Assembly (NCBI GenBank): GCA_964016885.1
Contig: OZ024742.1
Location: forward strand, 45,508,001 to 45,572,000
Direction: 5' to 3'
Length of the DNA stretch: 64,000 nucleotides
From: Eledone cirrhosa
Taxonomy: Eukaryota
Part shown: piece by piece, positions 1 through 11,525 of the stretch
Numbering within the stretch: the first letter of the stretch is position 1
Layout: each line of letters opens with the position of its first letter
Notes under the pieces: generated by a model
The model's input: only the letters and a program-made list of their open reading frames with translations
The model's database searches: none
Told to the model about the DNA's origin: nothing
Program-made: the position numbers and the translations under genes

Positions 1-544
1 ATAGGAACCAAGCCAGAAACAGTTCTGTATGAGCAATGCATGGTCACCTCATGCTAGCATGGAAAATGAACATTAAATGATGATGATGGTTGATGTGATT
101 ACTGCTGTTATTGTTTTGGGAGCCTAGAGGCTCATCAAGACACATTCTTCATATTGTCTTAGTCTTTCTTTTGTAACTAAGAAAATCAAACAAAACTTTC
201 ACATTTAACTCTAGTGAATGTGGAAATTTAATGTGGAAAATGTTTTTGACTTCACTTAAAGATTTTTGTCTAAAGTTTACATGTATTTATGATGTCTGTC
301 TTTGAGAATCTCCAAATATCCTCTTGGTATATAGTATCAATAGTGCTGTGAATAAGTTACTAACTAGGACCCTGATTCCTTCAGGGAAGTGGCCTTGCTC
401 AATATATAAAAAAGGGGTAGACATAAATTTTCTACGATGTACACAATGTAAATTTTAGTTACACAGGTGATCAGGAGTAATCAAGGGGAAGAATATCAGT
501 GATATAAACCTTTTCTAATCATGAAGGATCCATAGAAGTGGTTA

Positions 545-993
545 ATAGCTTCTGCTATCTAGGTGACCTAATGAGCAGCGGAGGAGGGTGCTCCAAGAAC
601 AATAGCTAGAATAAGGATAGGATGGAAGAGCTACTCTCACTGTTGTCAACAAAATGTTTCTCCCTGTGTACAAAAGAACAGCTGTATGATACCTGTGTGC
701 GAAGTGTGATGCTGCCTGGTAGTGAAACATGGACAGTGGCTGGAGAGAAATGAAGCTACCAGGCTTTGTTGGATGTGCAATATGTGAGAGAAAAGCAGAG
801 CTTGAATGAATCGAGGGAGAAACTGGGTTTAAGAGGAATCTGAAGTGGTGTGCAAGCTGGGTGGAGGTGGTGAGCTGATTTCAAATCGCTGAGAATCACA
901 GAAGATGATGAAGGAACGTGATGAATTGAGAGATGCTGTGCTGAAAAGGACTTGACCAAGCATGGAAAAATGAATGTAAAAATGATGATGATG
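545..993 (+). mobile_element. Degraded RTE LINE 3' fragment
   Basis: Remnants of FCYLGD, LYDTCVR..M..GSETW, and a (GAT)n tail. Confidence 0.7.
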
Positions 994-1097
994 AATTACA
1001 GGTTGCAGAATAATTGTATAAATTCATCTACTTTTATTTATGACTGAAGTTATATTTCTGGCTATAAAAAGACATTAAATGTTATTTTTACTTTCAG

Positions 1098-1204
1098 CTG
1101 GAATACTGTATGGCCCTATGCACAGCCAACAGGGTATAGACCTTTATTTGAAGGCTGTTAATGATGCTGTTGCTCAAGGAGGCAAAATTGAATATGGTGG
1201 AAAA
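1098..1204 (+). CDS. ALDH7A1: ALDH7A1 (antiquitin / alpha-aminoadipic semialdehyde dehydrogenase) internal coding exon
   Basis: tttcag acceptor and AAA|gtaggc donor. Translates (x)GILYGPMHSQQGIDLYLKAVNDAVAQGGKIEYGGK, matching the ALDH7 LYGP.H...GG...YGGK segment. Upstream exons lie outside the window. Confidence 0.93.
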
Positions 1205-1862
1205 GTAGGCCTCATCCTTGTTGTATATGTCATAGTTTAAATAAGTAGCAATATAGTATAATGTTGAGATGGGGAATTGGCAGTGTCACTAAAATATCAG
1301 ATAGAATGCTTTCCTGTATTTGTTCTGGCTCTCTGTGCCTTGAGTTCAAATCCCACTGAAGTCAGTTTTGCATGTCATCCTTTCAAGGTCAATTAAAAAA
1401 GTACCAGTCAAGTACTTGGGTTGATTCTACCTCTATCTCTCTCTCAAAGAAATCGACTGTGTTCAGACCTGGAGAGGGGATGATCTCTGCTAGATTTAAA
1501 ATGCCCAAGACATACTATATGTCACTATAGTGCCCCTGTGGATCCAACAGGAGTTATAGGCCAATACATATGTAGCATAATATTGGCAAATTAGTGATCC
1601 TATGGTAGAAAAATACACTGCTGCTCTTGAAGTATGAGAACTGTATAAATATCTTTTATTTTATCAACTTGATGTGGTATTGATTTCAAGAGGTTTTATT
1701 GACCTGGAATAGACAAGGATAAATTCCTAAATGTTTTTGTTTATGAAATTACAGTGTTACCAAGATTTTGATTCCTCTCAAATATTTTCAGATGTTTAAT
1801 ATAATAATGACAAACAATAAAAACTGGGATAATATAATACTTTGCCAACTGGCTGAATAACA

Positions 1863-2088
1863 TTAACCCTTTAACATTTACATTACTCTATATTTACTAT
1901 ATTATACTTCATGGTAAAGGTTTTACCTCACATAATTATCTCACATAATATCGAATCTGTGAGGTTTTGATATTATATATTTTGAAAACAATGCCTTATC
2001 AGTATAAGTGGCTGGTTATGGCCAGTTTGAACAGAAAGAGGTGAGAGAATTCTTGCTGGTACAGCTAGTTTAAATGCTAAAGGGTTAA
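1863..2088. mobile_element. TTAA-flanked (piggyBac-type) MITE; related copy at about 33532-33756
   Basis: TTAA|CCCTTTAACATTT ... AAATGCTAAAGGG|TTAA termini and a shared interior with the 33.5-kb copy. Confidence 0.7.
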
Positions 2089-2821
2089 TATCTGGATTTT
2101 TAATTGAAAGTTTAAAAATAAATCTACAAATTCAGGTGACATGATAAATTGAGATAGTTAATATTGATATTTGAACTTTCTACTGTGTTGTGTGTGTTGT
2201 ATCTCTGTTGGTTCTGATGATGAGTTTTCCAGTTGTTGGATCAATGGAACAACCTGTTCATGAAATTAATTGGCAGGTGACTGAGCATTCCACAATCACA
2301 CAAACCCTTAACTTTTAAATTTGAAATATTACAGTATTTTTATACTAAGTTAAATCAGAATAAATTTATTTGATCTGAACCATTTTATTGTTTCAAATAT
2401 AGGAAATAAATTATTCAAGAAATCTTTTCTTTGTTACACACACACATAAGTTTGGTTTATTGGCCTGAGAAACTCAACTTTTCAAACCACAACCAGCACA
2501 TAAATACACACAAAAGTTATATGTACACAAACAAATTAACATTGCCTGAAACTGTCTCTTGTTCTATGAACAATGACTGTTATTTTAAAATGTTCACGTT
2601 TAAAGTTAAACCTTCCATTATAATTTTTTGAAAGAACCTTTTTAAGTAATGTTTTAAACATCAACTTAATAATGAGAAACTTAGATATTTTATTAAATTC
2701 CTCAAATTCTTGATTATTCAAAAAATTATTTAAAACTGCTGGGCAGTGCATTTCATTAGAAATGTGGTAATGAAAGGGTTAATACTGTTCTTTGTTAACC
2801 TAACTTCCTTCTCTTTTTCAG

Positions 2822-2938
2822 CAAATAAAACATGAAGGAAATTTTGTTGAGCCAACCATCATAACTGGTCTTCCCCACGATGCTGAAGTAGTGCAGAGAG
2901 AAACTTTTGCCCCAATTGTCTATGTTCTTAAAACCAAA
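2822..2938 (+). CDS. ALDH7A1: ALDH7A1 internal coding exon
   Basis: ttttcag acceptor and gtaagt donor. [39 protein letters not shown] includes the ALDH 'ETFAP' motif. In frame with the previous exon. Confidence 0.95.
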
Positions 2939-3149
2939 GTAAGTCTCATCCTTTCTATTTGATTTCAATTCTTCTTTTCTTTACTTTTCTATTACATGTT
3001 CACTATATAAAACAGAGAGTTGCTATCATGATAAAGGAAAATTATTGTTTATTCAACTCATCTTTGTTTGTTTTAACTTCTGTCTTTAGTTTTTATGGTT
3101 ATCCTACACATTATTCAAAGAAATCTAAGGATGTATGCATACATGCCCT

Positions 3150-3408
3150 TGTGTGCTGCAAGCAACGTGTTGAGCCGGTGCTTATCCCGGTTTCATGGCG
3201 TGAAATGACTGAGAGTACAAGACTCCCCCCTGGACAGGACGCCAGTCAATAGCTGGGTTAAACCCCCAGCTATTGCTGGTACTCATTTTCAGCTGAGTAT
3301 ACTGGAGAAATGTGAAATGAAGTGTTTTGCTCAAGAACACGACATGCAACCCAGCCCACGACATTACGATTGTAAGTCCAACCTCCTTACCACTAGGCCA
3401 TGTGCCTT
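3150..3408 (-). mobile_element. Second tRNA-derived SINE family (heads also at about 11140, 34545 and 55815)
   Basis: Minus strand TGGCCTAGTGG A-box-like head, then CTTGAGCAAAACACTTCATTTCAC..CTCCAGT..ACTCAGCTG.AAATGAG. Confidence 0.7.
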
Positions 3409-3524
3409 CACAAATCTCAGGATAGTGGACATAAAAATGATTACAGTCAATGGAAATCTTTCGAGTCAACTCATTTGGATTATTTTGGAAAAATAAATTT
3501 CTCATCCTCCTTTTTATTGTGTGT

Positions 3525-6500
3525 ATCATCATCATCATCATCATCATCGTTTAACGTCCATGTTCCATGCTTGCATGGGTTTGGACGGGAGTTTTCCCAC
3601 TTGAGGCAAGAGTGGTTGTCTTGCTCGCATAGGACTGTCTGGCAGGTTTTCTACAGCTGGATGCCCTTCCTAACACCAACCACATTTACAGTGTGGGGCT
3701 GGGAGGTTTTTACTGTGTTGCCTACACGGCCACATTACAGCGTGGACTGTCTGGCGGGTTTTCTACAGCTGGATGCCCTTCCTTACAGTGTGGGACTGGG
3801 AGGTTTTTACCGTGTTGCCTACACGGCCACATTACAGCGTGGACTGTGTTTTTTGTCGTGGCACCTACACGATCTCATTTGTTTCGGCCTGGATGTTGTG
3901 GCACCAACATAACTTTACATTGAAAGGGGCGGTGTGGATGGGGTGGGGTGGTGGGACGGGGGTGTATTTTGTTAGAGATGCCTACTGACTGTAGTAGGTT
4001 TTACTTTGTATTTAGGTAAGGCGGGTCTTCTCTATTACTGAGTACCGCCAAAGGACTCGGTCCAGTGACATTGTCTTGGAGAGGTGTAAGTGTGTGAGGT
4101 CGGAATTTATCAGCTCGTCCCAGGTTTTTCTGGGTCTGCCTACTCCGTGGCTACCATCTATCTTTATTGCCCTGCACTTTGTTATACAGCTGTCGTCTTT
4201 CATGCACATCACGTGACCATACCAACGTAGCCTTCTCTCGAGTAAACAACATCTGATCCCTCTTATTTCTAATTTTTTCCTTAGTTCGTTTATGCTTTGC
4301 CGTTCACGTATATTATTATTACACATCCAGCGGAGCATGCAAGCTTCGTTCCTCTCTATTCTGCATATATCCTCTGCACACAATGCCCAGGTCTCACTGC
4401 CATGCAGCATTGCTGTTCGTATGCAGGCATCATACAACCTGCCTTTCATTTTTAGGGAGAACCCTTTAGCGGCTAATAGTGGTATAAGCTCTCTGAACTT
4501 TTTCCATCCAGTTCTGACTCTAGCTACTGTACTTTCAGAGCACCCTCCCCCACTGCTGATTTTGTCACCCAGGTAACGGAAGCTGTCCACTATTTCTATA
4601 GAACCCTCTGCGCAATTGAAAGAGCTAGTATTTTGTGGGCACTTGCTGCTACTTATTGCACCAGAGCATCGGCCACATGTAAAATCTATGTTCTTAGTTA
4701 GCTTACCTGTGATCCCACTACATCTTTTATGCACCCATACTTTGCATTTGGGACATAAAATGGAGTTTCTACCTATGCCTTTCCTACACACTGAGCATGG
4801 CCATTTCCCGGAAGGGACCGGCGCCTTATTTTCTTTCCTATAAACTAGAACTTTAGTCTTAGCCAGGTTAATTTTAAGGCCTTTTGATTCTAGGCCGTGC
4901 TTCCATGTTTGGAATTTCTTCTCTAGCTCGGCCATTGATTCAGCTATGAGCGTTAGATCATCTGTGTATAGGAGTTCCCATGGGCAGCCGGTCTTGAACT
5001 CCTCTGTTATAGCCTGAAGGGCAATAATAAATAGTAGGGGGCTAAGAACAGAGCCCTGATGGACACCAACTTTTACGCTAAACTCTTCACTATATTCGTT
5101 GTTAATTCTTACCTTGCTGACTGTTTCTTTATACATGGCTTGTATAGCTCTCACAAGCCATTCGTCAACACCTAGTTTTCTAAGAGCCCACCAGATAATG
5201 GAACGGGGGACTCTGTCGAAGGCTTTCTCCAAGTCGACAAAAGCTAAGTATAGGGGTTTACTTTTAGCTAGGTACTTCTCCTGTAGTTGTCGTACAATGA
5301 AAAGAGCGTCTGTGGTACTTTTGCCTGACACAAACCCGAACTGTATTTCATCTAGATCAATTCTCTCTCTGATTAGTTGCGCTATTACTTTTTCCGTGAC
5401 CTTCATGACCTGGTCGATTAATTTAATGCCTCTATAGTTACTCCTATCTAGGGCGTCTCCTTTACCCTTGTAACAGTTAACGATGATGCTGCTACGCCAG
5501 TCCTTCGGAACAACCCCATTCTGTATGACTTGGTTTACTATCCGGGTGACCATGGTGTGTCCCACCGTTCCAGAGGCTTTCAGCATCTCAGCAACTATTT
5601 CCGAAGGCCCAGCCGCCTTACCCGTCTTCATATCTTTGATTGCCTTACTTATTATACTACCTTCGACTAACACTGCTGGTCCCTTTATTGGGTCGATGTT
5701 GGTGAGACTGTCTTTCTCCCATTTATTCTCCTCATTTAGTAGCCTTTCGTAGTGACACTTCCAAGCTACCTTCTTATCAGCGTCAGTGATGGCAAGTACG
5801 CCATCATTGTTAAGTACACACTTCTCCCCGACAATATCACGGTTTTCCTTGACACATTGCCTAGCAATCCTGAACACCTCACGTTTTTGGTCCTCGCGTT
5901 GTAGAACATGCTTGAACTTTCTTTCCTCTGCTTCCCTTCTTGCGAAGTACACTTGTCTCCTAGCTTCCCTCCTGGCCACTTGACAGTCTTCTCTACTTCC
6001 CCCATCCTGCCATGCTTTCCAAGCCTGCTTTTTGGCCTTGATTGACCCCTCCACCTTACTGTTCCACCACCATGTTACTCTCCTCCTGCCTACAGGCCTG
6101 CTCCAGCCACAGACTTCGTCTGCCGCCATCAGCAGGTTTGCTTTCAGGAATTCCCACTGTTCCTCTACTTTGTACGACTCTAATTGCGCTTTCTTACTGT
6201 CGAAAGCATCAAGTAATATGCTTTGAAATTTATTTCTGGCTGTGGGATCCTTTAACTTCCATATTTTTCTCCTGAGGATAGTCCTCTTCTGCTGTCTAGT
6301 ACATCTCGTCCTGACTATGAGGTCGCTAATTATCAGTCTATGTTGGGAGGTGCATTCTTCATGGGGGAGGGATTTAGTGTTTACAACAGACACTCTGTCA
6401 CGTCTTCTGGTAAGGGTATAATCTACCTGGCTGGTATGTTCCCCTGATCTGTAGGTGATCAAGTGATTGTCTCGTTTTTTGAAGTTAGTGTTACAGATAG

Positions 6501-7540
6501 TTAGGTTGTTTGCATCACAGAATTCCAGGATTCTGGAGCCTTCCTCGTTTCTAGTACCAAACCCATAGCCTCCGTGGATTCCGTCATAGCCGTCACAATG
6601 TTGTCCAACGTGGCCATTTAGGTCGCCAGCAATAATTATATAGTCACTGTCGGTTATTTGGGAGGTAGTGAGTATCAGTGTCTCATAGAATCTGTCTTTT
6701 ATAGCGCCAGGCAGTCCGGATTGGGGCGCGTATGCAGACATTACTGTCACAGTAGTTCTGTTTAGAACAAGTCTTATTTTAATTATTCTGTCATTCACTC
6801 TATTTACATCTATTATCTTATCCACCCATTTTTCTGCTAACGTGATTCCTACCCCACCTATCCCATTGTCATTTCCCACCCAGAAAAGCTTATAGCAACG
6901 TTTTTTACCCACAATGAATCTAGCATCAACCTCCTTACGTTCAAGCAATTCTACAACCTCGTTAGAGCGGCCTTTTAAGGTGCCTACGTTCATGGTACCA
7001 ACTCTGAAGTTTTGGATTGTGTTTGGAGGATGGGGCGCAGGGAGGGGTGAGGGGAATGAGTTTGGGGTTATGTTGGCCATCCGCGACCAAAACAAAGGGG
7101 GGGGGGGCCTTGCCCTTTTGTCCGGCAGCATGAGGTGAACTTGTCGTTATCTTTGGCATTGTCATCGAGTGTTCAGATTCTTCACTCTCCAGAAATTCCC
7201 TAGTCCATCCATCATATCGAAAAGCAGCCAGTAGTGATAGCATAGGCCGTTGACTTGTGATTGGTCCAAATAGTAAAGGTGGAGAGTGGGGGCGGGAGGG
7301 AGGGATATGGGGTAGTTAGCAAAGAGAAGATTAATTAGAACAAGCGTGGAGAAGATTAATCTAGAACAGTGAGACGGAATTATAGGATAGCAACGATTGT
7401 AGATATATATGGATGAATGAACCAAGTTTTTAGGAAACAAGAAGAAAATCTGGTTTAGAATAGGCACACCATATCCATGTATGTTGTAAGAAGCAACTAA
7501 ATGGTTTGATATTATGAAGGACATTTGGCTGTAAAACATT
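3525..7540 (-). mobile_element. Near full-length RTE-clade LINE, antisense in an ALDH7A1 intron
   Basis: Single EN-RT ORF, a 3' UTR with repeated modules, and a 3' end GGACGTTAAAC(GAT)n. The 5' boundary is approximate. Confidence 0.92.
4012..7131 (-). CDS. RTE LINE ORF: APE endonuclease + reverse transcriptase with an inserted C4HC3 PHD-like finger
   Basis: Motifs VGTMNVGTL, SAYAPQ, AGDLNGHVG, SQHRL, FVDLEKAFDRV, GVHQGSVLSPLLF, YTDD, FRYLG, RLRWYGHV and GRPRKTW. Confidence 0.93.
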   Translation of the reverse strand: MLPDKRARPPPPLFWSRMANITPNSFPSPLPAPHPPNTIQNFRVGTMNVGTLKGRSNEVVELLERKEVDARFIVGKKRCYKLFWVGNDNGIGGVGITLAEKWVDKIIDVNRVNDRIIKIRLVLNRTTVTVMSAYAPQSGLPGAIKDRFYETLILTTSQITDSDYIIIAGDLNGHVGQHCDGYDGIHGGYGFGTRNEEGSRILEFCDANNLTICNTNFKKRDNHLITYRSGEHTSQVDYTLTRRRDRVSVVNTKSLPHEECTSQHRLIISDLIVRTRCTRQQKRTILRRKIWKLKDPTARNKFQSILLDAFDSKKAQLESYKVEEQWEFLKANLLMAADEVCGWSRPVGRRRVTWWWNSKVEGSIKAKKQAWKAWQDGGSREDCQVARREARRQVYFARREAEERKFKHVLQREDQKREVFRIARQCVKENRDIVGEKCVLNNDGVLAITDADKKVAWKCHYERLLNEENKWEKDSLTNIDPIKGPAVLVEGSIISKAIKDMKTGKAAGPSEIVAEMLKASGTVGHTMVTRIVNQVIQNGVVPKDWRSSIIVNCYKGKGDALDRSNYRGIKLIDQVMKVTEKVIAQLIRERIDLDEIQFGFVSGKSTTDALFIVRQLQEKYLAKSKPLYLAFVDLEKAFDRVPRSIIWWALRKLGVDEWLVRAIQAMYKETVSKVRINNEYSEEFSVKVGVHQGSVLSPLLFIIALQAITEEFKTGCPWELLYTDDLTLIAESMAELEKKFQTWKHGLESKGLKINLAKTKVLVYRKENKAPVPSGKWPCSVCRKGIGRNSILCPKCKVWVHKRCSGITGKLTKNIDFTCGRCSGAISSSKCPQNTSSFNCAEGSIEIVDSFRYLGDKISSGGGCSESTVARVRTGWKKFRELIPLLAAKGFSLKMKGRLYDACIRTAMLHGSETWALCAEDICRIERNEACMLRWMCNNNIRERQSINELRKKLEIRGIRCCLLERRLRWYGHVMCMKDDSCITKCRAIKIDGSHGVGRPRKTWDELINSDLTHLHLSKTMSLDRVLWRYSVIEKTRLT

Positions 7541-8099
7541 GCCTCAAAGAACCTGTTTAACCTATGTCAGCGCGGAAAAGTTGACGTAAAAATATCGCGT
7601 GTGCACACACACTGATAATAAAAAAAGCATCCAATCAACTTTGCCAGATGGTAATGTTGACACCATAAATGCTCTCAGTGCACGCTGTAAAGTGGTTAGT
7701 TAGGAAGGGCATCCAGGTGTAGAAATCATGTGATAAATGGAATGTATAAGCTAAACCTGGTCAATTGGCCTGTCTAGCCTCAAGGCAACAACTTGTCTAA
7801 CTCTTACAAGCATGGAAAATAGACATTAAATAGTGATGATTATGATCACGCACACACGCACGAATTTGATTTACTAGAATGCGTCTAAATTTCTTTTGTG
7901 CATTTGTTAATTTCTTTGTTTTAACATCCACCATCCACGCTAGTGCATAAAAGTGACAAATTCGGAGTAGCGGCAGTAAATAATTTGCTTTGAACAAATA
8001 AATGAACGGTATTATATGTATTGAGTATTTTTTCTCTCGTATATATTTCACCAAACCTGTATGTGTATATATTTGTATATATATTTTTCTCCATTGCAG

Positions 8100-8197
8100 T
8101 CTGTAGATGAAGCTATAAGCTGGAACAATGAAGTGAAACAAGGTCTTACGAGCAGCTTGTTTACAAAAGATTTTGGATCTATCTTTAAGTGGATTGG
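8100..8197 (+). CDS. ALDH7A1: ALDH7A1 internal coding exon
   Basis: ttgcag acceptor and gtaatt donor. SVDEAISWNNEVKQGLTSSLFTKDFGSIFKWI(G) contains the ALDH7 WNNEVKQGL.SS.FT motif. Confidence 0.95.
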
Positions 8198-8469
8198 GTA
8201 ATTATATTATTTTTAATTTCTTAAAACAAGGTATTTCAAATAATTAGCTATCGTTTGAAGAGGGAATATCCCAGAAAGTAGAAAGTCTAAAAGAACGAGA
8301 CTGAGCAGGCTTAATATTGAGCAACATAAGATTTATTCCTCAAAATTTGTCAACATTATCATACTAATTTCCTGACATTTGTACAATATTCTATGTACCA
8401 TACATGCACTTTTTGATGAGTTGTAGTGCACCTGAGCACTACACAATAATTTTCATTATTATAATTCAC

Positions 8470-8862
8470 AGGGTCGGTGGATTGGCAGTATCGGTAGAGG
8501 GTCGGACACCATGCTTTGAAGCATAGAGTTACGTCCCTTTATGATCTGAGTTCAAATCCCGCTGAGGTTAACTTTGCCTTTCATCCTTACAGAGTCGATA
8601 AAATAAAGTACCAGTAATGTACTGGGTAATTGCTGGCCTTGTGCCTAAAATAGAAACAATTATAATTCACAATGGCGGTGGATTGGCAGTATCGGTAGAG
8701 GGTCGGACACCATGCTTTGATGCATAGTTACGGCCCTTGCCATTCTGAGTTCAAACCCCACCGAGGTTGACTTTGCCTTTTATCCTTACGGGGTCGATAA
8801 AATAAAGTACTAGTAATGTACTGATTAATTGCTGGCCTTGTGCCTAAAGTAGAAACAATTAT
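8470..8862 (+). mobile_element. Tandem dimer of a tRNA-derived SINE
   Basis: Each unit has an A-box-like TGGCAGTATCGG, a B-box-like GAGTTCAAA.CC, the central GCCTTT.ATCCTTAC..GTCGATAAAATAAAGTAC (Nin/Deu-like core), and an (ATT) tail. Confidence 0.85.
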
Positions 8863-9343
8863 TATAATTCACAATAATTAGTGGTAGTTCCTGGGATATT
8901 TACATCTCAAATGGTATTTATTCTTTTGGAACACCCTGAGTGGTTAAAAAGTTAACTTAGCAATCATAAGGGGTGTCTTTTATGATAGCCTGATTTCAAC
9001 TGAAACCTTGAGAGTATAATTGGATAGATGGAAACTGTGTGGAAGCCTGTTTGATGAACTGCATTTGTAATTTAAAGGTTTTACTTTCTCAGATATTGTC
9101 ACACTGATTTCACCTGTGAATTATGTTAATGTTACATGTATCTGTAATACTCAGTCATTTGCACATTGCTTGAATTTAATATTCATCAGCATAACCAGAG
9201 AATCCAGCAATATCTTAATATTTTTTTCGATATATTTGCATATTACTTTGAATAAATCTCCATAAAAGTTCCCGTGAATTAAAAGTTATTTTTTTAAACA
9301 TTATTTCATTCATTTGTGTTGTCATTATCATTATTATTTTTAA

Positions 9344-9530
9344 GGGCGGTGAATTGGCAGTATTGGTACAGGGTCAGACATGCTTTCCAGCGTAGTTACG
9401 TCCCTTTACGATCTGAGTTCAAATCCTGCCGAGGTTAACTTTGCCTTTCATCCTTACGGGGTTGATAAAATAAAGTACCAGTAATGTTCTGGATAATTGC
9501 TGACCTTGTGCCAAAAGTAGAAACGATTAT
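9344..9530 (+). mobile_element. tRNA-derived SINE (same family)
   Basis: Same A/B boxes and core. Truncated copies occur at about 15829-15937 (+), 50945-51088 (+) and 56664-56770 (-). Confidence 0.85.
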
Positions 9531-10290
9531 CATCATTGTTTTTACATCTGTTTTTCCATGCTTTCATGGGTTGGATGGAGTGTCCTAAGCACGATATCTC
9601 GTCACTCGTCGCGTTCCTTTCTATCTCTGTGAGTCTCAGTGATTAGAGTTTAGCTTTCACAACCTCTGCCCAGATCTTTCTTGTTCATCCTCTACTACAG
9701 CTTCCTTCCACTTGTATTCCTCTTCTCCCTCAGATCATCCAAACTCTGCCTTTCTCTCACACTCCCTTTGCACATCCAACAAAGCATGGTAGCTTCATTT
9801 CTCTCCAGTCTATGCATGTCCTCTGCAGTCACAGCCCATGTTTAACTACCATGCAGCATCACACTTTACACATAGTCCTCATACAGTCATCCTTTTGTTT
9901 ATAAGGAGAAACCTTTTGTAATCAACAGTGAGAGTAACTCTCTAAACGTTTTCAATCCTCTCCTTATTCTAGCTAATATACTGTTGACACACCCTCCTCC
10001 ACTGCTAATTAAGTTACCTAGGTAGCAGAAGCTATTAACCATGTCTATGGACCCTTCCTATGACTGGAAAAGGTTTGTCACTGGCACTCTTCCTCTTGAT
10101 TACCCATGTGCATCTTCTACATACAAAGTCCTCCTTTTCCATTAGTCTACTCATTATCCCATTACATCTCTTGGGTACCCAAGACTTATATTGTGTACAT
10201 AGTATGGAGTTTATATCCACCTCTTTACATATTTAGCAGAGCCATTTCCCTGAAGGAATCAGTCCTATCTTCTTTCCTACTCATTAGCAT
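9528..10290 (-). mobile_element. Degraded RTE LINE 3' fragment, ending just upstream of an ALDH7A1 acceptor
   Basis: Minus-strand remnants of the PHD-like region (NSILCT..WVPKRC..FVCRRC), FCYLG and GSKTW, plus the RTE 3' tail. Confidence 0.75.
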
Positions 10291-10322
10291 GTTACCAAAA
10301 TATATTTCTTTTTACATTTTAG

Positions 10323-10396
10323 ACCCAAAGGATCTGACTGTGGTATTGTCAACGTTAACATTCCTACCAGTGGTGCTGAAATTGGTGGAGCATTTG
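10323..10396 (+). CDS. ALDH7A1: ALDH7A1 internal coding exon
   Basis: ttttag acceptor and gtaaat donor. (G)[24 protein letters not shown](G) is a near-invariant ALDH7A1 motif. Confidence 0.96.
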
Positions 10397-11375
10397 GTAA
10401 ATATTGAACTTAAGTTTTTACTCTTTTGTTACAACCCACACCTCCATAAGATTAGCCAACCTCCTATGAAGTTTCAACTCATAGATGGCTTCTCAGGTGC
10501 TTTAATGGTAGGGGACTCCAGTAATATCATGTCCTTAGAACTATCAGTGATCGAAAGTTGAATTTGATTTCAAAATGTATAGAGCAGAAATTGTTCCATG
10601 CTCTAAAAATTTTGGCAATTCATTGCTAATGACTGGTACTTTATCGACCTCCAAAGGATGAAAGATAAAGTTGACCATGCCAGGATTTGAACTCAGAGCA
10701 CAGAGAGCCAGAACAAATACTACAAGGTATTTAATACAGTGTTCTTTGTGGGTAGTCAAATAACATTTCATAAGGCACACATGTTGCTATGTATTTAAAC
10801 CGTTCAATCTCAACTACATAGTTCCAGGTTCAATCTTACTATGCAATACTTTGGGTGTCTTCTACCATAGCCTTGAATGAACCATTGTCTTCTGAGAAGT
10901 TTTGGTAGACAGAAACTGTGAAAGCCTGTTGTTCTAAACACCAGATTAGTGAGAAAATTTGTTATATTACTAAATTCCTCTAAATATTTTATTTTTAAAA
11001 TCATTTGAAAATCGACTGTTATTCATTAGAAGTAGTGTATCAAAAAGGTTAAGAAACATTTTAATAAGATATTTAAGCAAGTGAGATTTTTAAGAATTAT
11101 GTAAGTGAGTAATACAATAAAGTGTCTTTCATTATGTATGTGGCTTTGTGACTAGAGAATTGAATTCACAATCGTGAGGTTGTGAGTTTGATTCCTAGAC
11201 CAGGCAATGTGTTATGTCCTTGAGCAAGACACTTTATTTCACATTGCTCTTTCTGCCAGGAGTTGCATCCGATAGATAATATCTACAATGGAAAGACTAC
11301 TGGAAATATTGTTTCCTTGGTTTAATTTAACGAGTTCCGCTCTATTCAGTAAGCAAATGAGGTTTGGGATCTTGA

Positions 11376-11525
<150 letters not shown>

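Noticed and set aside
3400-3988. Plus-strand ORFs of 170, 76 and 71 aa
   Set aside because: They are antisense readings of the RTE 3' UTR and recur in every copy.
7020-7140. GC-rich segment at the RTE 5' end as a possible HDV-like ribozyme
   Set aside because: I could not build the nested double pseudoknot by eye. It would need a structure-based search.
8470-8570. tRNA gene
   Set aside because: The A/B boxes belong to SINE heads, and no cloverleaf or acceptor stem forms.
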